A DNA stretch of 64,000 nt. It comes from an uncultured Gemmatimonadales bacterium. Its GTDB lineage: Bacteria; Gemmatimonadota; Gemmatimonadetes; Gemmatimonadales; GWC2-71-9. A program made the translations under genes and the position numbers. Under the pieces are notes generated by a model, which worked only from the letters and a program-made list of their open reading frames with translations, did not search any database and was not told the DNA's origin. Below, piece by piece: positions 36,051 to 46,552 of the stretch. Each line of letters starts with the position of its first letter. Positions within the stretch are counted from its first letter, which is position 1. The stretch lies in NCBI GenBank assembly GCA_963779755.1, contig CAVZZO010000003.1:1664001-1728000 (forward strand), in the 5' to 3' direction.

Positions 36051-36170
36051 ACTACTGTGTTGGAGAGCCGTCAAGGTCCCTTCCCGACGCAGGGGATTGC
36101 GCCGGGCGGCGAGGCTGGGGGTATGCTTCGAGGAGCTACCCTGGCGATAGCAGAGCCTCAGGAGGAGTTC

Positions 36171-36557
36171 ATGAAGAAACTGACCCCCGTGATCCCCGTC
36201 GATGCGATCGAGCCCTGCCTGCCCTTCTGGGAGCAGCTCGGGTTTTCCAGAGTGGCCGAGGTTCCCATGGGAGATCGGTTGGGATTCGTGATCCTCTCCA
36301 GCGGCAATGTGGAGATCATGTACCAGAGCATGGAGAGCATCGCGGGGGACGTGCCCGCCATGGCCCGGCTGGTCAGCGCCGGGACTCCGCTGTACATCGA
36401 GGTGGAGCAACTCGACGAACTCCTCCCGAAGCTGCACGACGCCAAGGTGATCGTCCCCGAGCGCACCACCTTCTATGGTGCCCGGGAAATCTTCGTCCAG
36501 GCGCCCTGCGGGACGGTGGTCGGGTTCGCGGAGCAGGAAAAGAGGACCGAGGACTGA
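36171..36557 (+). CDS. VOC/glyoxalase-family protein
   Basis: AGGAGG RBS; MKKLTPV..FWEQLGF..LYIEV..TFYGAREIFV..PCG..VGFA. Confidence 0.85.
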   Translation: MKKLTPVIPVDAIEPCLPFWEQLGFSRVAEVPMGDRLGFVILSSGNVEIMYQSMESIAGDVPAMARLVSAGTPLYIEVEQLDELLPKLHDAKVIVPERTTFYGAREIFVQAPCGTVVGFAEQEKRTED

Positions 36558-36608
36558 GGACTGAGGACCTTTTTTCAACCCCCGCGCCTCCGGCGGCGTC
36601 CCAGTCAT

Positions 36609-37184
36609 GTGGCCATCAGTCTCGCACCCATACTCCGGCGTTCAGCGGCGGCGCGCGTGACCGGCGCACCGGCCGAGCTGGACCGGCTGGTTACCCGCGC
36701 CCGCGCGGGCGACCAGGCCGCCTTCCGCGCGCTCTACGAGGGCACGGTAGGGCGCGTGTACGCCGTCTGTCTCCGGCTCACCGCCGACCCGGCCCTCTCG
36801 GAAGAGCTGACCCAGGATGTCTTCGTCCAGGCATGGCGGCGGCTGGAGACCTTCCGGGGCGACAGCGCCTTCACCACCTGGCTGCACCGCATCGCGGTCA
36901 ACCAGGTCTGCTCCGACCGCCGGGCCGAAGCGCGCCGCGGCCGCCGCACGGCTCTCCTCGCCCGGGAAACGGAAGACCGGCACACGCCGGCGCCCGGCCA
37001 GGCCCTCGACCTGGAAGGGGCCATCGCCGCGCTTCCGCCCGGCGCGCGCCAGGCGTTCGTGCTCCACGACGTGGAGGGCTACAGTCATGAGGAAATCGCC
37101 CGGATGAACGGGCGCACGGCGGGAACCATCAAGGCGCAGCTGTTTCGGGCCAGGCGGCTGCTCCGGGAGCTGCTGGAGCGATGA
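36609..37184 (+). CDS. ECF sigma factor (paralog of 30904-31485)
   Basis: AFRALY, EELTQDVFVQAW, FRGDSAFTTWLHR and VLHDVEGYSHEEIA motifs. Confidence 0.92.
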   Translation: MAISLAPILRRSAAARVTGAPAELDRLVTRARAGDQAAFRALYEGTVGRVYAVCLRLTADPALSEELTQDVFVQAWRRLETFRGDSAFTTWLHRIAVNQVCSDRRAEARRGRRTALLARETEDRHTPAPGQALDLEGAIAALPPGARQAFVLHDVEGYSHEEIARMNGRTAGTIKAQLFRARRLLRELLER

Positions 37185-37807
37185 ACTGCCAGGAATGCCT
37201 TGCCCTGCTCGACCGGCCGCCCACTCGCCCGCCGACCGGCCGTGCGCGGCACGAAATGGAGCGCCATCTGTCCCACTGTCCGGCCTGCCGCGCCGACCAG
37301 CGCTTTCTCCCCCGACTCCGGAGGGAGACGGCCGAACTGCCGCGCGCGCTCAGGCCGTCGCGGGACCTGTGGGAGGGCATTGCCGCCCGGCTGGACCGGC
37401 CCGATCACCCGGCACGGCCGGTGCGACCGCTCTGGTCGCGGCCCCCGGCCCTGGCGGCGGCGGCGCTGCTGCTGCTAACCATTTCGGCGGCGGCCACTGC
37501 GCTGCTGCTGCGGGACCACCGGCCTCCGGCCCTGCAGACGGCGCAGGTCCGGCGGATGGAGCAGGCCTATCAGGCGGCGGCCAGCGATCTCACAGGGGCG
37601 CTGGAGTCCAACCGCGCCGCGCTGGGCCCCCAGGCGGCGGCGTCGGTGGAGCGGAGCCTGCGCGAGCTCGACACCGCGATCGTCGAGGCGCGGCGGGCGC
37701 TCGAGCAGCACCCGGGCAGCCTCGAGCTGGCGGGTTTCCTGCGCGATTCCTATCAGAAGAAGATTGACCTGCTGCAACGAACCGCTCAGGCGCGGGAGGG
37801 CTCCTGA
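37181..37807 (+). CDS. Zinc-finger anti-sigma factor
   Basis: MNCQEC..HLSHCPAC; TM; LDTAIVEARRALEQHP. Confidence 0.88.
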   Translation: MNCQECLALLDRPPTRPPTGRARHEMERHLSHCPACRADQRFLPRLRRETAELPRALRPSRDLWEGIAARLDRPDHPARPVRPLWSRPPALAAAALLLLTISAAATALLLRDHRPPALQTAQVRRMEQAYQAAASDLTGALESNRAALGPQAAASVERSLRELDTAIVEARRALEQHPGSLELAGFLRDSYQKKIDLLQRTAQAREGS

Positions 37808-38682
37808 TGATGCGATCCCTGCTTCTCGTGGCCCTGCTGCTGCAGAGGGCCGCCGGGGCTGCGGCTCAGCAACCGATCGCCCGGGCCGTCGCGATCGCCC
37901 CGGATGCGAGCATCCGCATCTGGAACCTTACCGGCTCGGTGCGGGTCGAGGGCTGGGATCGCGACAGCCTGGCCGTCTCCGGCACCGTGGCGGGACCGGC
38001 CGGCGCCTTCTTCTTTGGCGCGTCGGGCCGCAGCGCGAAGCTGGGGGTGCAGAGCCCGGACGACCCGGCCCGGGCCGAAGCGTCGCAACTGGTGGTGCGG
38101 GTGCCCCGCCGCTCGCGCGTCTGGGTCAAGACCGCCACGGCGGACATCGAGGTCAGCGGCCTGGTGGGCGGCGCCGACCTCAATGCTACCAGCGGCAACA
38201 TCCGGGTACGCGGGACGCTGCAGGACCTCAGCGCCGAGACCATGGACGGTTCCGTCACACTGGATGCCTCTTCGGCTTGGCTCCGTGCCCGGACCGCGAC
38301 GGGAGCCGTCGTGTTGCGGGGCGGAAGTGAGGACGCGGGCGTGACCACCGTTGGTGGGAGCATCGAGGTCGTCAGTACCGGCCTGCGGCGCGGCCGGTTC
38401 GAGTCGGTCACCGGCCCCATTCGGGTGAGCGGCCGGCTCGCCCGGGACGCCTCCTTGAGCCTGGAGAGCCACAGTGGAGCGGTAACGCTCACCGTGCCGC
38501 CCGATCTGGGCGCCGAGTACAACCTGTCCAGCTACGAGGGAAACATCGTGACCGGTCTGGTCGACCGCACCCCCGCGGTGGAACCGGGCTCCGGCAGCCA
38601 TACGCTCGATTTCCTGGCGAACGGCGGGGGAGCGATCATCAACATCCGGACCTTCAAGGGGCGGATTCAGGTCAAGGAGTGA
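37807..38682 (+). CDS. DUF4097-like beta-strand repeat protein
   Basis: Signal peptide; repeated TxxGxI motifs. Confidence 0.85.
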   Translation: MMRSLLLVALLLQRAAGAAAQQPIARAVAIAPDASIRIWNLTGSVRVEGWDRDSLAVSGTVAGPAGAFFFGASGRSAKLGVQSPDDPARAEASQLVVRVPRRSRVWVKTATADIEVSGLVGGADLNATSGNIRVRGTLQDLSAETMDGSVTLDASSAWLRARTATGAVVLRGGSEDAGVTTVGGSIEVVSTGLRRGRFESVTGPIRVSGRLARDASLSLESHSGAVTLTVPPDLGAEYNLSSYEGNIVTGLVDRTPAVEPGSGSHTLDFLANGGGAIINIRTFKGRIQVKE

Positions 38683-38831
38683 AGGACTGAGGACTGAGCG
38701 GAGCTACGCCGGCGCGAGGGCCGGGACGCCGCGAGCGAGAAGCCCGACGACTGAGGACTGAGCACCGGAAATCATTCAAACCTCCAGCCGCCGGGCGGCG
38801 TCTCAGGGCATCACCTCACCTGGAGGGACCG

Positions 38832-39434
38832 ATGCCCCGCCGTTTCCCCCGTCAACCGATGTTCCTTGCCGCGCTGCTCTCGCTGGTTGCCGCCCTGCCC
38901 GCACATGCCGGCCCGCCCTGGATTGCGGTCGAGTACCCGGCGAACCCGTTCACCCAGGCCACCCGGGGAGCGCTGCTTCTGGTCCGCACCTATCATCATG
39001 GCGAGGCGACCAGCTATCCGCTGACCGGTACCGCCGAGGGACTGGTCAATGGCCAGCGACACAGCCTCCCGCTGCGGTTCGAACCCACCGGGACGACGGG
39101 GCAATACGCGCTGCGATTCGAAAAGCCGGCAGAGGGTGTCTGGGTGCTGGTCGCGTCGCTGGGAAGCGGCGAGGGCCGGATCGGCGCGCTGATCGGCCTG
39201 GACCGGGAGGGACATGTCGCCTCCGTCCAGGTGCCGACGCACCGGCAGGAGAACTGGGTCATTCCCGAAGCAGTGAAGCCCGAAGCTGTCGATGCCGCAC
39301 TCCGGGCGCAGACCGCTCGGATCGGCGGCCCCGCACCCCGGGACCTCGGGCTGGGACGCGGTGGGAGTATGCTGCTGCTGGCCGGCCTCGGCGTGGCCCT
39401 GGTGCTACCGTTCGGTCTGAGGCGGATACCATAG
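38832..39434 (+). CDS. Secreted protein with C-terminal membrane anchor
   Basis: GGAGG RBS; signal peptide AHA-G; GPPWIAVEYPANP; C-terminal TM plus basic tail. Confidence 0.75.
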   Translation: MPRRFPRQPMFLAALLSLVAALPAHAGPPWIAVEYPANPFTQATRGALLLVRTYHHGEATSYPLTGTAEGLVNGQRHSLPLRFEPTGTTGQYALRFEKPAEGVWVLVASLGSGEGRIGALIGLDREGHVASVQVPTHRQENWVIPEAVKPEAVDAALRAQTARIGGPAPRDLGLGRGGSMLLLAGLGVALVLPFGLRRIP

Positions 39435-39435
39435 C

Positions 39436-39512
39436 CCCTCGACCCCTCGACCCTCTCGACCCTCTCGACCCTCTCGACCCTCTCCAATGTCGACCAATCC
39501 GGGAGGGTCGAG
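39436..39512. repeat. Nonamer CTCGACCCT x5 with inverted arm, between convergent genes
   Basis: cctcgacccctcgaccctctcgaccctctcgaccctctcgaccctc...gagggtcgag. Confidence 0.8.
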
Positions 39513-39515
39513 CCC

Positions 39516-40745
39516 CTATTTGCGCCTCAACGCGTGCACCTCCACAAATTCCTGCCCGCTCGGGTCGGTCCTGCTGGCCAGGATCCGGTCGGCGCCGACA
39601 TCGAGTACCGTCAAGCCGGCCGGGATGGTAACCCTCCCGAGCAAGCGACCGGCGGAATCAAACACGGCCCACCGGGAGGGACCGGGGCCGGCGTGCTCCC
39701 GGGCCCAGAGATCGCCCTGGCTGTCCAGCAGCAGCGCCGACACCGCCGACTCCCGGGCGGGCCAGGGAATGGAATCGTAGACCGCGGTGAGGGTGCGCTC
39801 GACCGCCGCTCCCTTGCGGGCCGCGTCGGCCAGGCGCTCGGCGCGGACGGCGGCGATCCCGGCCGGGGTGACGCTGTCGCCCTGCCGGGGGACGCGGATG
39901 ATCCGCTGCAGGCGGCCGTGTTCATCGTAGGTCCGGATCTCATAGCGCTCGCCGGTTGCGGCGTGGAGCCGGCCGTCGCCGGGCACCACCGCGGGCTGCC
40001 GTCCGAAGGGCAGCGGGACCACGGCCAGACTGCCCCCGGGACGAGCCACGAAGAACTGGTCGCCCGGAAACCGGCCCAGGGTATCGACCACCCGGCCGCC
40101 CGGGTCGCGCCGGAAGTAGTGCAGCGATTCCTGGTAGATTCCGTTCGGCAGCGAGTCGGGGTCCATCACCCGCCGTTCATAGCTGAGGAGCGACCCGTCG
40201 GCGAACGCGGCCACCGGCAGCGGCACAACGGACGGATCGGGGGAGGCGATGGAGAACTGCCGCCCGTACCGGCCCTCCCGGTCGAACACCAGGAGTTCCG
40301 CGTTCAGGTTATCGTACAGCAGGAGCGAGTCGCCCCGATAGGCGCGAACCCAGCCCACCCGCTCGAATTCTCCCACCCGCCGTCCCGGCCGTAGCAGGTT
40401 GACGGCAATGGTGCCGCCGGCATCGTAGACCCTGAGGGCCGGGGGAGATGCATTGCCTACGGCAAACCCCCCGCCCGGGAAGAGGACCCCGCCCCGGATT
40501 CCCGCGAAGCTGTAGGCGGGCTCGATGGCGTCGCCTCCCAGCACGACCTGCGGGGAATCCGCGACAACCCACCCGGCGCCGGCGGGCCATTCCGGCAGCG
40601 AATCGGCAAGAATCGCGACACCGGCGCTGTCGCGGCCCGGCGGGGGCGCGGCCGCTCGCGGAGCACCGGCACGGCTCTCGCAAGCCAGCAGCGCGAGCGC
40701 GCCGATCGCCACGATTCCGGCCGGCAGGCGGAACGAAGAGGTCAT
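39516..40745 (-). CDS. Beta-propeller (6-bladed/NHL-like) lipoprotein
   Basis: Lipobox LLAC; GEF..V, GDSLLLYD, LLLDSQGDLW and WAVFDSAGRLLG blades. Confidence 0.78.
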   Translation of the reverse strand: MTSSFRLPAGIVAIGALALLACESRAGAPRAAAPPPGRDSAGVAILADSLPEWPAGAGWVVADSPQVVLGGDAIEPAYSFAGIRGGVLFPGGGFAVGNASPPALRVYDAGGTIAVNLLRPGRRVGEFERVGWVRAYRGDSLLLYDNLNAELLVFDREGRYGRQFSIASPDPSVVPLPVAAFADGSLLSYERRVMDPDSLPNGIYQESLHYFRRDPGGRVVDTLGRFPGDQFFVARPGGSLAVVPLPFGRQPAVVPGDGRLHAATGERYEIRTYDEHGRLQRIIRVPRQGDSVTPAGIAAVRAERLADAARKGAAVERTLTAVYDSIPWPARESAVSALLLDSQGDLWAREHAGPGPSRWAVFDSAGRLLGRVTIPAGLTVLDVGADRILASRTDPSGQEFVEVHALRRK

Positions 40746-40835
40746 CTGCAGCTGTCCCGGATTGAGCCGGACCGCGGCCCGGCGCTTGATTTCGAGTCTG
40801 GTTCGGGCAAGATAACGGTCCATTCGGAGAATCTG

Positions 40836-43112
40836 ATGGGAGACCTGCCGGTCCGCGTGCTGCTGATAGACGACAGGGAGGACGACTACCGCGTCGTCCG
40901 CCAGCGGCTGGATCATGCCAGTAGCGACCGTTTCGAGCTGGACTGGGCCCGGGGGTACGACGAGGGGCTGGCACGGCTCTCGGAAGGGCGGCACGACGCC
41001 TGCCTGCTGGACGACCGGCTCGCGGGAGCCCGCAGCTTCGAACTCATGCGGGAAGCGCTCCGTGCCGGCAACAGCGCCCCCTTCATCCTGCTGACCGGCT
41101 CGGACGCCCCGGGCGCCAGCCTGGATGCGCTCCTCGCCGGCTCCACCGACCTGCTCAGCCGGCAACAGCTGGAGACACCGCTGCTGGAACAGGCCATCCG
41201 CCACGCGGTGGACCGGGCGCGGCACCTGACGGAACTGCGCCGGAGCGAGGAACGTTTCCGCGCCCTGGTGGAGAACCTGAGCGACGCCATCGTCCTGGCG
41301 GCGCGGGACGGCCTGGTCCTCTACGCCAGCCGGTCGGTTACCGGGATGCTGCAGTGGCCCGTGGCGGAACTGGTGGGTCGGCCGCTGTTCGAATGGATAC
41401 ATCCGGAGGATCTGCCCCTCGCGTTGCGCCTGTTCTCCGAAGCGCTGGCGCGTCCGGGGACTGCGGTCGACTTCACTGTCCGGGGCCGCACCCGGGAGGG
41501 CGCCTGGCGACACCTGGAGGGCGTCGGGGTCAACCGCCTGGGAGAACCGGCAGTCCGCGCCATCGTGCTCAACTTCCGGGACGTCAGCCAGCGTAAGGAC
41601 AGCGAACGGCACCTCCGGGAGCGGGAGCGGCAGTTCCGCGCGGTGTTCGACAACGCGCTGGACGCCACCGTGCTGCTGGACGACGCGCGTGCCCTGATCG
41701 ACACCAACCCCGCCGCGGGCGAGCTGTTCCGCCTGCCGGCGGACGCGCTGCTGGGACGCACCCTGGACGAGTTCCTGCCCGATCGCGTCGAGCTCCCCGG
41801 ACTGTGGACCGATTTCATCGAACGGGGCGAGCTCACGGGAGAATTCACGCTGACGGTGGGCGACGGCAGCCGCCGGGATGTGGAGCTGAGTGCCCGGGCC
41901 CACACGCTGCCGGGGCGGCACCTGATGGTGCTGCGGGACGTCACCGAACAGCGGCAGCTGGAGGCGCAGCTGCATCATGCCACCAAGATGGAGGCGGTGG
42001 GCCGCCTGGCGGGCGGCATCGCCCACGACTTCAACAATCTTCTTACCGCCATCCTGGGCTCAGCCGAATTTCTGGCCATGGAGCTGCCGGTCAGCTCGCC
42101 CCACCTGGAGGACGTGGAGGAGATTCGCCGGGCTGCCGCCCGGGCGGCCTCGCTGACGCAGCAGCTGCTCGCCTTCAGCCGCCGGCAGGTACTGCACCCC
42201 AAGGTGCTCGACCTGAACGCGGTGGTGGAGGGCGTCCGGCGGATGCTGGGCCGCCTGATCGGGGAGGACATCGCGCTGGAGACGCGGCTCCAGCCCGGGC
42301 TGGGCCGGGTGCGGGCCGACCCGGGCCAGATGGAGCAGGTGCTGCTGAATCTCGCCGTGAACGCCCGCGACGCCATGCCGGGAGGGGGCCGCCTGATCAT
42401 CGAAACCCTGGAAGAAGATCCGCCGGAGAGCTGGGACGACGCGCCGCTGCATTGCGTGGCCCTGCATGTGAGCGACAGCGGCGTGGGCATGGACGAGCGT
42501 ACCCGGACGCGGCTGTTCGAGCCGTTCTTCACCACCAAGGACCCGGGCAAGGGGACGGGCCTGGGCCTCTCCACCGTCTACGGGGTGGTCCAGCAGAGCG
42601 GCGGGTTCATCGAGCTCGACTCCGCTCCGGGGCAGGGCTCCACCTTCCGGATCTACCTGCCGCGGGTAGAGGACGAAGCCGACGGCGGCATGGGGCCCTC
42701 GCCCGGCGCGGGAGCCGGGGGGAGCGAGACCATTCTGCTGGTGGAGGACGAGGAGTCCGTTCGCCGGCTGGCGCGCCGCATCCTGAATGGACTGGGCTAC
42801 CGGGTGCTGGTGGCTGACAACGCGCAGGAAGCGCTCCGTCTCCTGGGACAGCGGTCGGGACCGCTGGATCTGCTGCTGACCGACGTGGTGATGCCGGGGA
42901 TGAGCGGCCCGGAGCTGGCCGAGCTGGTAGCGGCGGAGCAGCCCGGCCTCAAGGTGATTTTCATGTCCGGCTACACCACCGAATCCATGGAGCAGCACGG
43001 CGTCCTGGAGAGCGGCCGGGCCTTTCTGCAGAAGCCGTTCACCCCTCAGGCGCTGTCCTATCTGCTGCGGCAGGTCCTGACGGCCGGAGGCATCGCGCCG
43101 ATTCAAGAGTAG
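40836..43112 (+). CDS. Hybrid histidine kinase REC-PAS-PAS-HisKA-HATPase-REC
   Basis: [30 protein letters not shown] and LLTDVVMP motifs. Confidence 0.93.
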   Translation: MGDLPVRVLLIDDREDDYRVVRQRLDHASSDRFELDWARGYDEGLARLSEGRHDACLLDDRLAGARSFELMREALRAGNSAPFILLTGSDAPGASLDALLAGSTDLLSRQQLETPLLEQAIRHAVDRARHLTELRRSEERFRALVENLSDAIVLAARDGLVLYASRSVTGMLQWPVAELVGRPLFEWIHPEDLPLALRLFSEALARPGTAVDFTVRGRTREGAWRHLEGVGVNRLGEPAVRAIVLNFRDVSQRKDSERHLRERERQFRAVFDNALDATVLLDDARALIDTNPAAGELFRLPADALLGRTLDEFLPDRVELPGLWTDFIERGELTGEFTLTVGDGSRRDVELSARAHTLPGRHLMVLRDVTEQRQLEAQLHHATKMEAVGRLAGGIAHDFNNLLTAILGSAEFLAMELPVSSPHLEDVEEIRRAAARAASLTQQLLAFSRRQVLHPKVLDLNAVVEGVRRMLGRLIGEDIALETRLQPGLGRVRADPGQMEQVLLNLAVNARDAMPGGGRLIIETLEEDPPESWDDAPLHCVALHVSDSGVGMDERTRTRLFEPFFTTKDPGKGTGLGLSTVYGVVQQSGGFIELDSAPGQGSTFRIYLPRVEDEADGGMGPSPGAGAGGSETILLVEDEESVRRLARRILNGLGYRVLVADNAQEALRLLGQRSGPLDLLLTDVVMPGMSGPELAELVAAEQPGLKVIFMSGYTTESMEQHGVLESGRAFLQKPFTPQALSYLLRQVLTAGGIAPIQE

Positions 43113-43196
43113 TGAGGCATCCCGCAGGCTGGTATTATCCCACCCTATGCGGTCACTCCCTCTGATCCACCGGGCGTTCCCGGCTCCGGGTTCCTG

Positions 43197-45458
43197 ATGC
43201 ACCACGACGAACGGCTGGGTCCGCTGCTGGACCGGCTGGGTCTGGGAATGTTCCGGACCACGCTCGATGGCCGCCTGCTCGAAGCCAACGCTCCGCTACT
43301 CCGGATTCTCGGGCTGAGCTCCCTCCAGCCGGGCCTGGACATCACCCGCTTCTACCGCCGGCCGGCCGATCGCGCCCGGCTGGTCCGCACCCTCAGCGAC
43401 CAGCGGCAGGTCAACGATTTCGAAACCGCCCTGCAGCGGGCGGACGGCACCGAGGTGATCGTCCTGATCTCGGAAGCCGCGGTGCACACCGCCGACGGCG
43501 AGCAGGTCATCGATGGCCTGATGCAGGACGTGACCGAGCGGCACCGGGCGCTGGAGGCCGCCCGGAGCCAGCAGGCGGAGCTGGAAGCGCTGATCGCGGG
43601 GATGAACGACGTCGTCCTGGTGCTCGACCGCGAGTGCCGGCTTCTCACCGTGCATCCCAGCGCGCGCGAGATCCTGCCGCGCCCCGCCGCGGAGATGGCC
43701 GGTCACCAGGTGCGCGAGGTGTTTCCGGCCGAGATGGCAGCCGAAATCGAGCGCCGGGCCGCAGAGGCCCTGGAAGGCGGGGTGGCCGTGCGGTTCGAGT
43801 ACAGCGTCGGCCGGGAGGAGGGCGAGACCGCCTGGTTCAGCGCGGTCGCCTCGCCCCTGCCGGGCCAGCGGGTCCTCTGGGTGGCCCGGGATATCACGGT
43901 CCGCCGGAGCACGCGCATAGAGCTGGAGCGAACCGTCTCGCTGCTCAACGCCACGCTGGAATCAACCACCGACGGCATCCTGGTGGTCGATTCGGCCGGG
44001 CGGATCGCCAGCTACAATCGCAAGTTCGTGGAACTCTGGCGCATGCCCCGCGAAGTGCTGGCCACGCGAGACGACCAGCAGGCGCTGAAATACGTGTTGA
44101 GCCAGCTGGAAGAACCGGCCCGGTTTCTCGACAAGGTCACCGAGCTCTATGCCACCCCGGACGCGGAAAGTCACGATCTGCTTCGCTTCCGCGACGGGCG
44201 GAGGTTGGAGCGCTTCAGCCGCCCGCAGCGGATAGGGGGACAGGTCGTGGGCCGGGTCTGGAGCTTCCGCGACGTCACCCAACGCATGCTGCTGCAGGAG
44301 CAGCTGCAGCAGGCGGTCAAGATGGAAGCGGTGGGCCGGCTGGCGGGGGGAATCGCGCACGACTTCAATAATCTCCTCACCGCCATCCTGGGCGCCGCCG
44401 AGCTGGCGCTGGAGGAGCTGGACGGGTCTCACCCGGTGCGGGCCGATGTCGAGGAGATCCGTCATTCGGCCGGCCGCGCCGCCCTGCTCACCCGCCAGCT
44501 GCTGGCCTTCAGCCGCCGCCAGGTGCTCCGCCCCGAGATCCTGAACCTGAACGAGGTGGTGACCGGAATGGAGAAGCTCATCACCCGGCTGGTGGGCCCC
44601 GGAATAGCCACCCGCTACGAGCTGGCGGCCGACCTGGGCACCACCCGGGCCGACCGGGGGCAGCTGGAACAGGTCCTGATGAACCTGGCGGTCAATGCGC
44701 GCGATGCCATGCCCGAGGGCGGCGCCCTGACGATCAGCAGCGCCAACACGGCACTGGGCGAGCGCTCGCCCGAGGGACAACGCGTTGTCCCGGGCGCCTA
44801 CGTCCGCCTCACCGTCCGGGATACCGGCATCGGCATGAGCGAGACCGTGCGTCAGCATCTCTTCGAGCCGTTCTTCACCACCAAGGAACGCGGCAAGGGA
44901 ACCGGGCTCGGCCTCGCCACGGTGTACGGGATCATCAAACAGAGCGACGGCTATATCTGGGCGGGCGGGAGCCCGGGGGCAGGCGCGGAGTTCATCATCT
45001 ACCTTCCCCGGGTGGAAGCGGCGGCGGAGCCGCCCCCGCCTCCGCTGGCGCCGGTGGACATCCCGCACCGGGCGGCCACCCTGCTGGTGGTGGAAGACGA
45101 ACCCTCGGTGCGGCGGCTGGCCCGGCGGGTGCTGGAGCAGGAGGGATATACCGTCCTCGCCGCCGCCAACGGCGAAGAGGCCCTGGACCTCGCCGCGCAG
45201 CACTGCGGCCCCATCCACCTGCTGGTGACCGATCTCATCATGCCCGGCCTTTCCGGTACCCAGCTGGCCCGCCGGGTCGGCGACCAGCGTCCGGACTGCC
45301 GGGTGCTGTTCATTTCCGGCTACAGCAACGACGCGATCAGCCGCCAGGGAGCGCTGGCCCCGGGCGCGTCATTCCTGCAGAAGCCGTTCACCCGCATGGA
45401 GCTGCTGCAGCAGGTGAGCCGACTGCTTGCCGGCGGCCCAGGAATTCTGGCCTCATGA
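43197..45458 (+). CDS. Hybrid histidine kinase PASx3-HisKA-HATPase-REC
   Basis: Same CckA-like kinase core motifs; soluble, no TM. Confidence 0.93.
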   Translation: MHHDERLGPLLDRLGLGMFRTTLDGRLLEANAPLLRILGLSSLQPGLDITRFYRRPADRARLVRTLSDQRQVNDFETALQRADGTEVIVLISEAAVHTADGEQVIDGLMQDVTERHRALEAARSQQAELEALIAGMNDVVLVLDRECRLLTVHPSAREILPRPAAEMAGHQVREVFPAEMAAEIERRAAEALEGGVAVRFEYSVGREEGETAWFSAVASPLPGQRVLWVARDITVRRSTRIELERTVSLLNATLESTTDGILVVDSAGRIASYNRKFVELWRMPREVLATRDDQQALKYVLSQLEEPARFLDKVTELYATPDAESHDLLRFRDGRRLERFSRPQRIGGQVVGRVWSFRDVTQRMLLQEQLQQAVKMEAVGRLAGGIAHDFNNLLTAILGAAELALEELDGSHPVRADVEEIRHSAGRAALLTRQLLAFSRRQVLRPEILNLNEVVTGMEKLITRLVGPGIATRYELAADLGTTRADRGQLEQVLMNLAVNARDAMPEGGALTISSANTALGERSPEGQRVVPGAYVRLTVRDTGIGMSETVRQHLFEPFFTTKERGKGTGLGLATVYGIIKQSDGYIWAGGSPGAGAEFIIYLPRVEAAAEPPPPPLAPVDIPHRAATLLVVEDEPSVRRLARRVLEQEGYTVLAAANGEEALDLAAQHCGPIHLLVTDLIMPGLSGTQLARRVGDQRPDCRVLFISGYSNDAISRQGALAPGASFLQKPFTRMELLQQVSRLLAGGPGILAS

Positions 45459-45904
45459 GACAGCGCGTGCTTGCCCTTCTGCTGCTGGCACTGCTCACCC
45501 CCGGCATCGTCCGGGCGCAGGCCTCCCGATTCGAGTTTGCCGGCGCCATGGGCCGTGATTTCCACGACGACGCCTGGCTCGCCGCCGCGCATTTCCGGAT
45601 TCCCCTGGGCCGGCGGGTCGAGTTTCGCCCCAGCGGGGCCATCGAACTGGGGGGGCAATCGCCCTGGGATCTCAATGCCGACCTGGCCCTGCGGGGGCCC
45701 ACCGGGGTGGGGTACCTGGGAGGCGGCGTCGGCCTCTACCAGCGCCCGCAGACCGGCGGCCTGGTGCAGAAGGTGGGCATCAACGCCTTCCTGGGCTTCT
45801 CCGGCATGGATCCCGGGCTGCGCCCCTTCCTGGAGTTGCGCTGGACCCGGGTGGCCGGCGCGACCCTGTTCCGCCCCCTGCTGGGCTTCCGTATCGGGCT
45901 CTGA
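45455..45904 (+). CDS. Small outer-membrane beta-barrel-like protein
   Basis: Signal peptide VRA-Q; YLGGGVG, RPFLELRW, terminal GFRIGL. Confidence 0.65.
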   Translation: MRQRVLALLLLALLTPGIVRAQASRFEFAGAMGRDFHDDAWLAAAHFRIPLGRRVEFRPSGAIELGGQSPWDLNADLALRGPTGVGYLGGGVGLYQRPQTGGLVQKVGINAFLGFSGMDPGLRPFLELRWTRVAGATLFRPLLGFRIGL

Positions 45905-45905
45905 C

Positions 45906-45947
45906 TTGACTCATACGGTCGTATGAATTATTAATACGTTCGTATGA
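45906..45947 (+). promoter_or_regulatory. Promoter with tandem TetR operators
   Basis: TTGACT-17 nt-TATTAA. Perfect palindrome TCATACG-GT-CGTATGA (45911-45926) and imperfect copy TAATACG-TT-CGTATGA over the start codon. Confidence 0.75.
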
Positions 45948-46552
45948 ATACCACCGCTTCCCGCCTGCAGGAGGTCGCCCGCGGGCTCTTCGCCCGCCAG
46001 GGCTATGCCGGCACGTCGGTCCGGCAGATCACGGCGCGCGCCGGTGCCAACCTGGGCGCGGTGACCTACCACTTCGGCTCCAAGGAACGGCTGTACCATA
46101 CCGTCCTGCGGGGGCTCACGGCTCCCCTGCTCCAGCGCCTGGCGGAGGCCGCGGCCGCGCCCGGCTCGGCGCTGGACCGGATCGGCGCCACGGTGCGCGC
46201 GGTGCTGGAGCATTTCGGCAGCCATCCCGACATTCCCCGCATCATGGCGCACGAGCTGGCCCTCCAGGGGCCCTTCCCGGCCCCGGTACGCGAGGTCCAG
46301 ACCCGGGCGCGCGATCACCTGCTGGGGCTCATCGAAGCGGGCCAGCGGGAGGGCAGCATCCGGCCGGGCGATCCCCTGCTGCTCACGCTGAGCGTGATCG
46401 CCCAGCCCATCTACTTCGCGCTCGCCTCGCGCATGCTGCGCCAGCTGGCGGGCTTCAGCCTCGAGGACCCGGCGGCGCGGCAGAGGATCATTGCCCACGC
46501 CATTCTCTTTGTCCGCCGCGGGCTGGCGCCCGGGGCAGAAAGCGCATCATGA
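45944..46552 (+). CDS. TetR-family regulator (CecR/YbiH-like)
   Basis: GYAGTSVRQI..ANLGAVTYHFGSKE; heads the efflux operon. Confidence 0.88.
   Translation: MNTTASRLQEVARGLFARQGYAGTSVRQITARAGANLGAVTYHFGSKERLYHTVLRGLTAPLLQRLAEAAAAPGSALDRIGATVRAVLEHFGSHPDIPRIMAHELALQGPFPAPVREVQTRARDHLLGLIEAGQREGSIRPGDPLLLTLSVIAQPIYFALASRMLRQLAGFSLEDPAARQRIIAHAILFVRRGLAPGAESAS

Noticed and set aside
40836..41220. Atypical N-terminal receiver domain (conserved Lys appears as Arg in TDLLSR)
   Set aside because: Degenerate receivers are common in hybrid kinases; not distinctive without an alignment.
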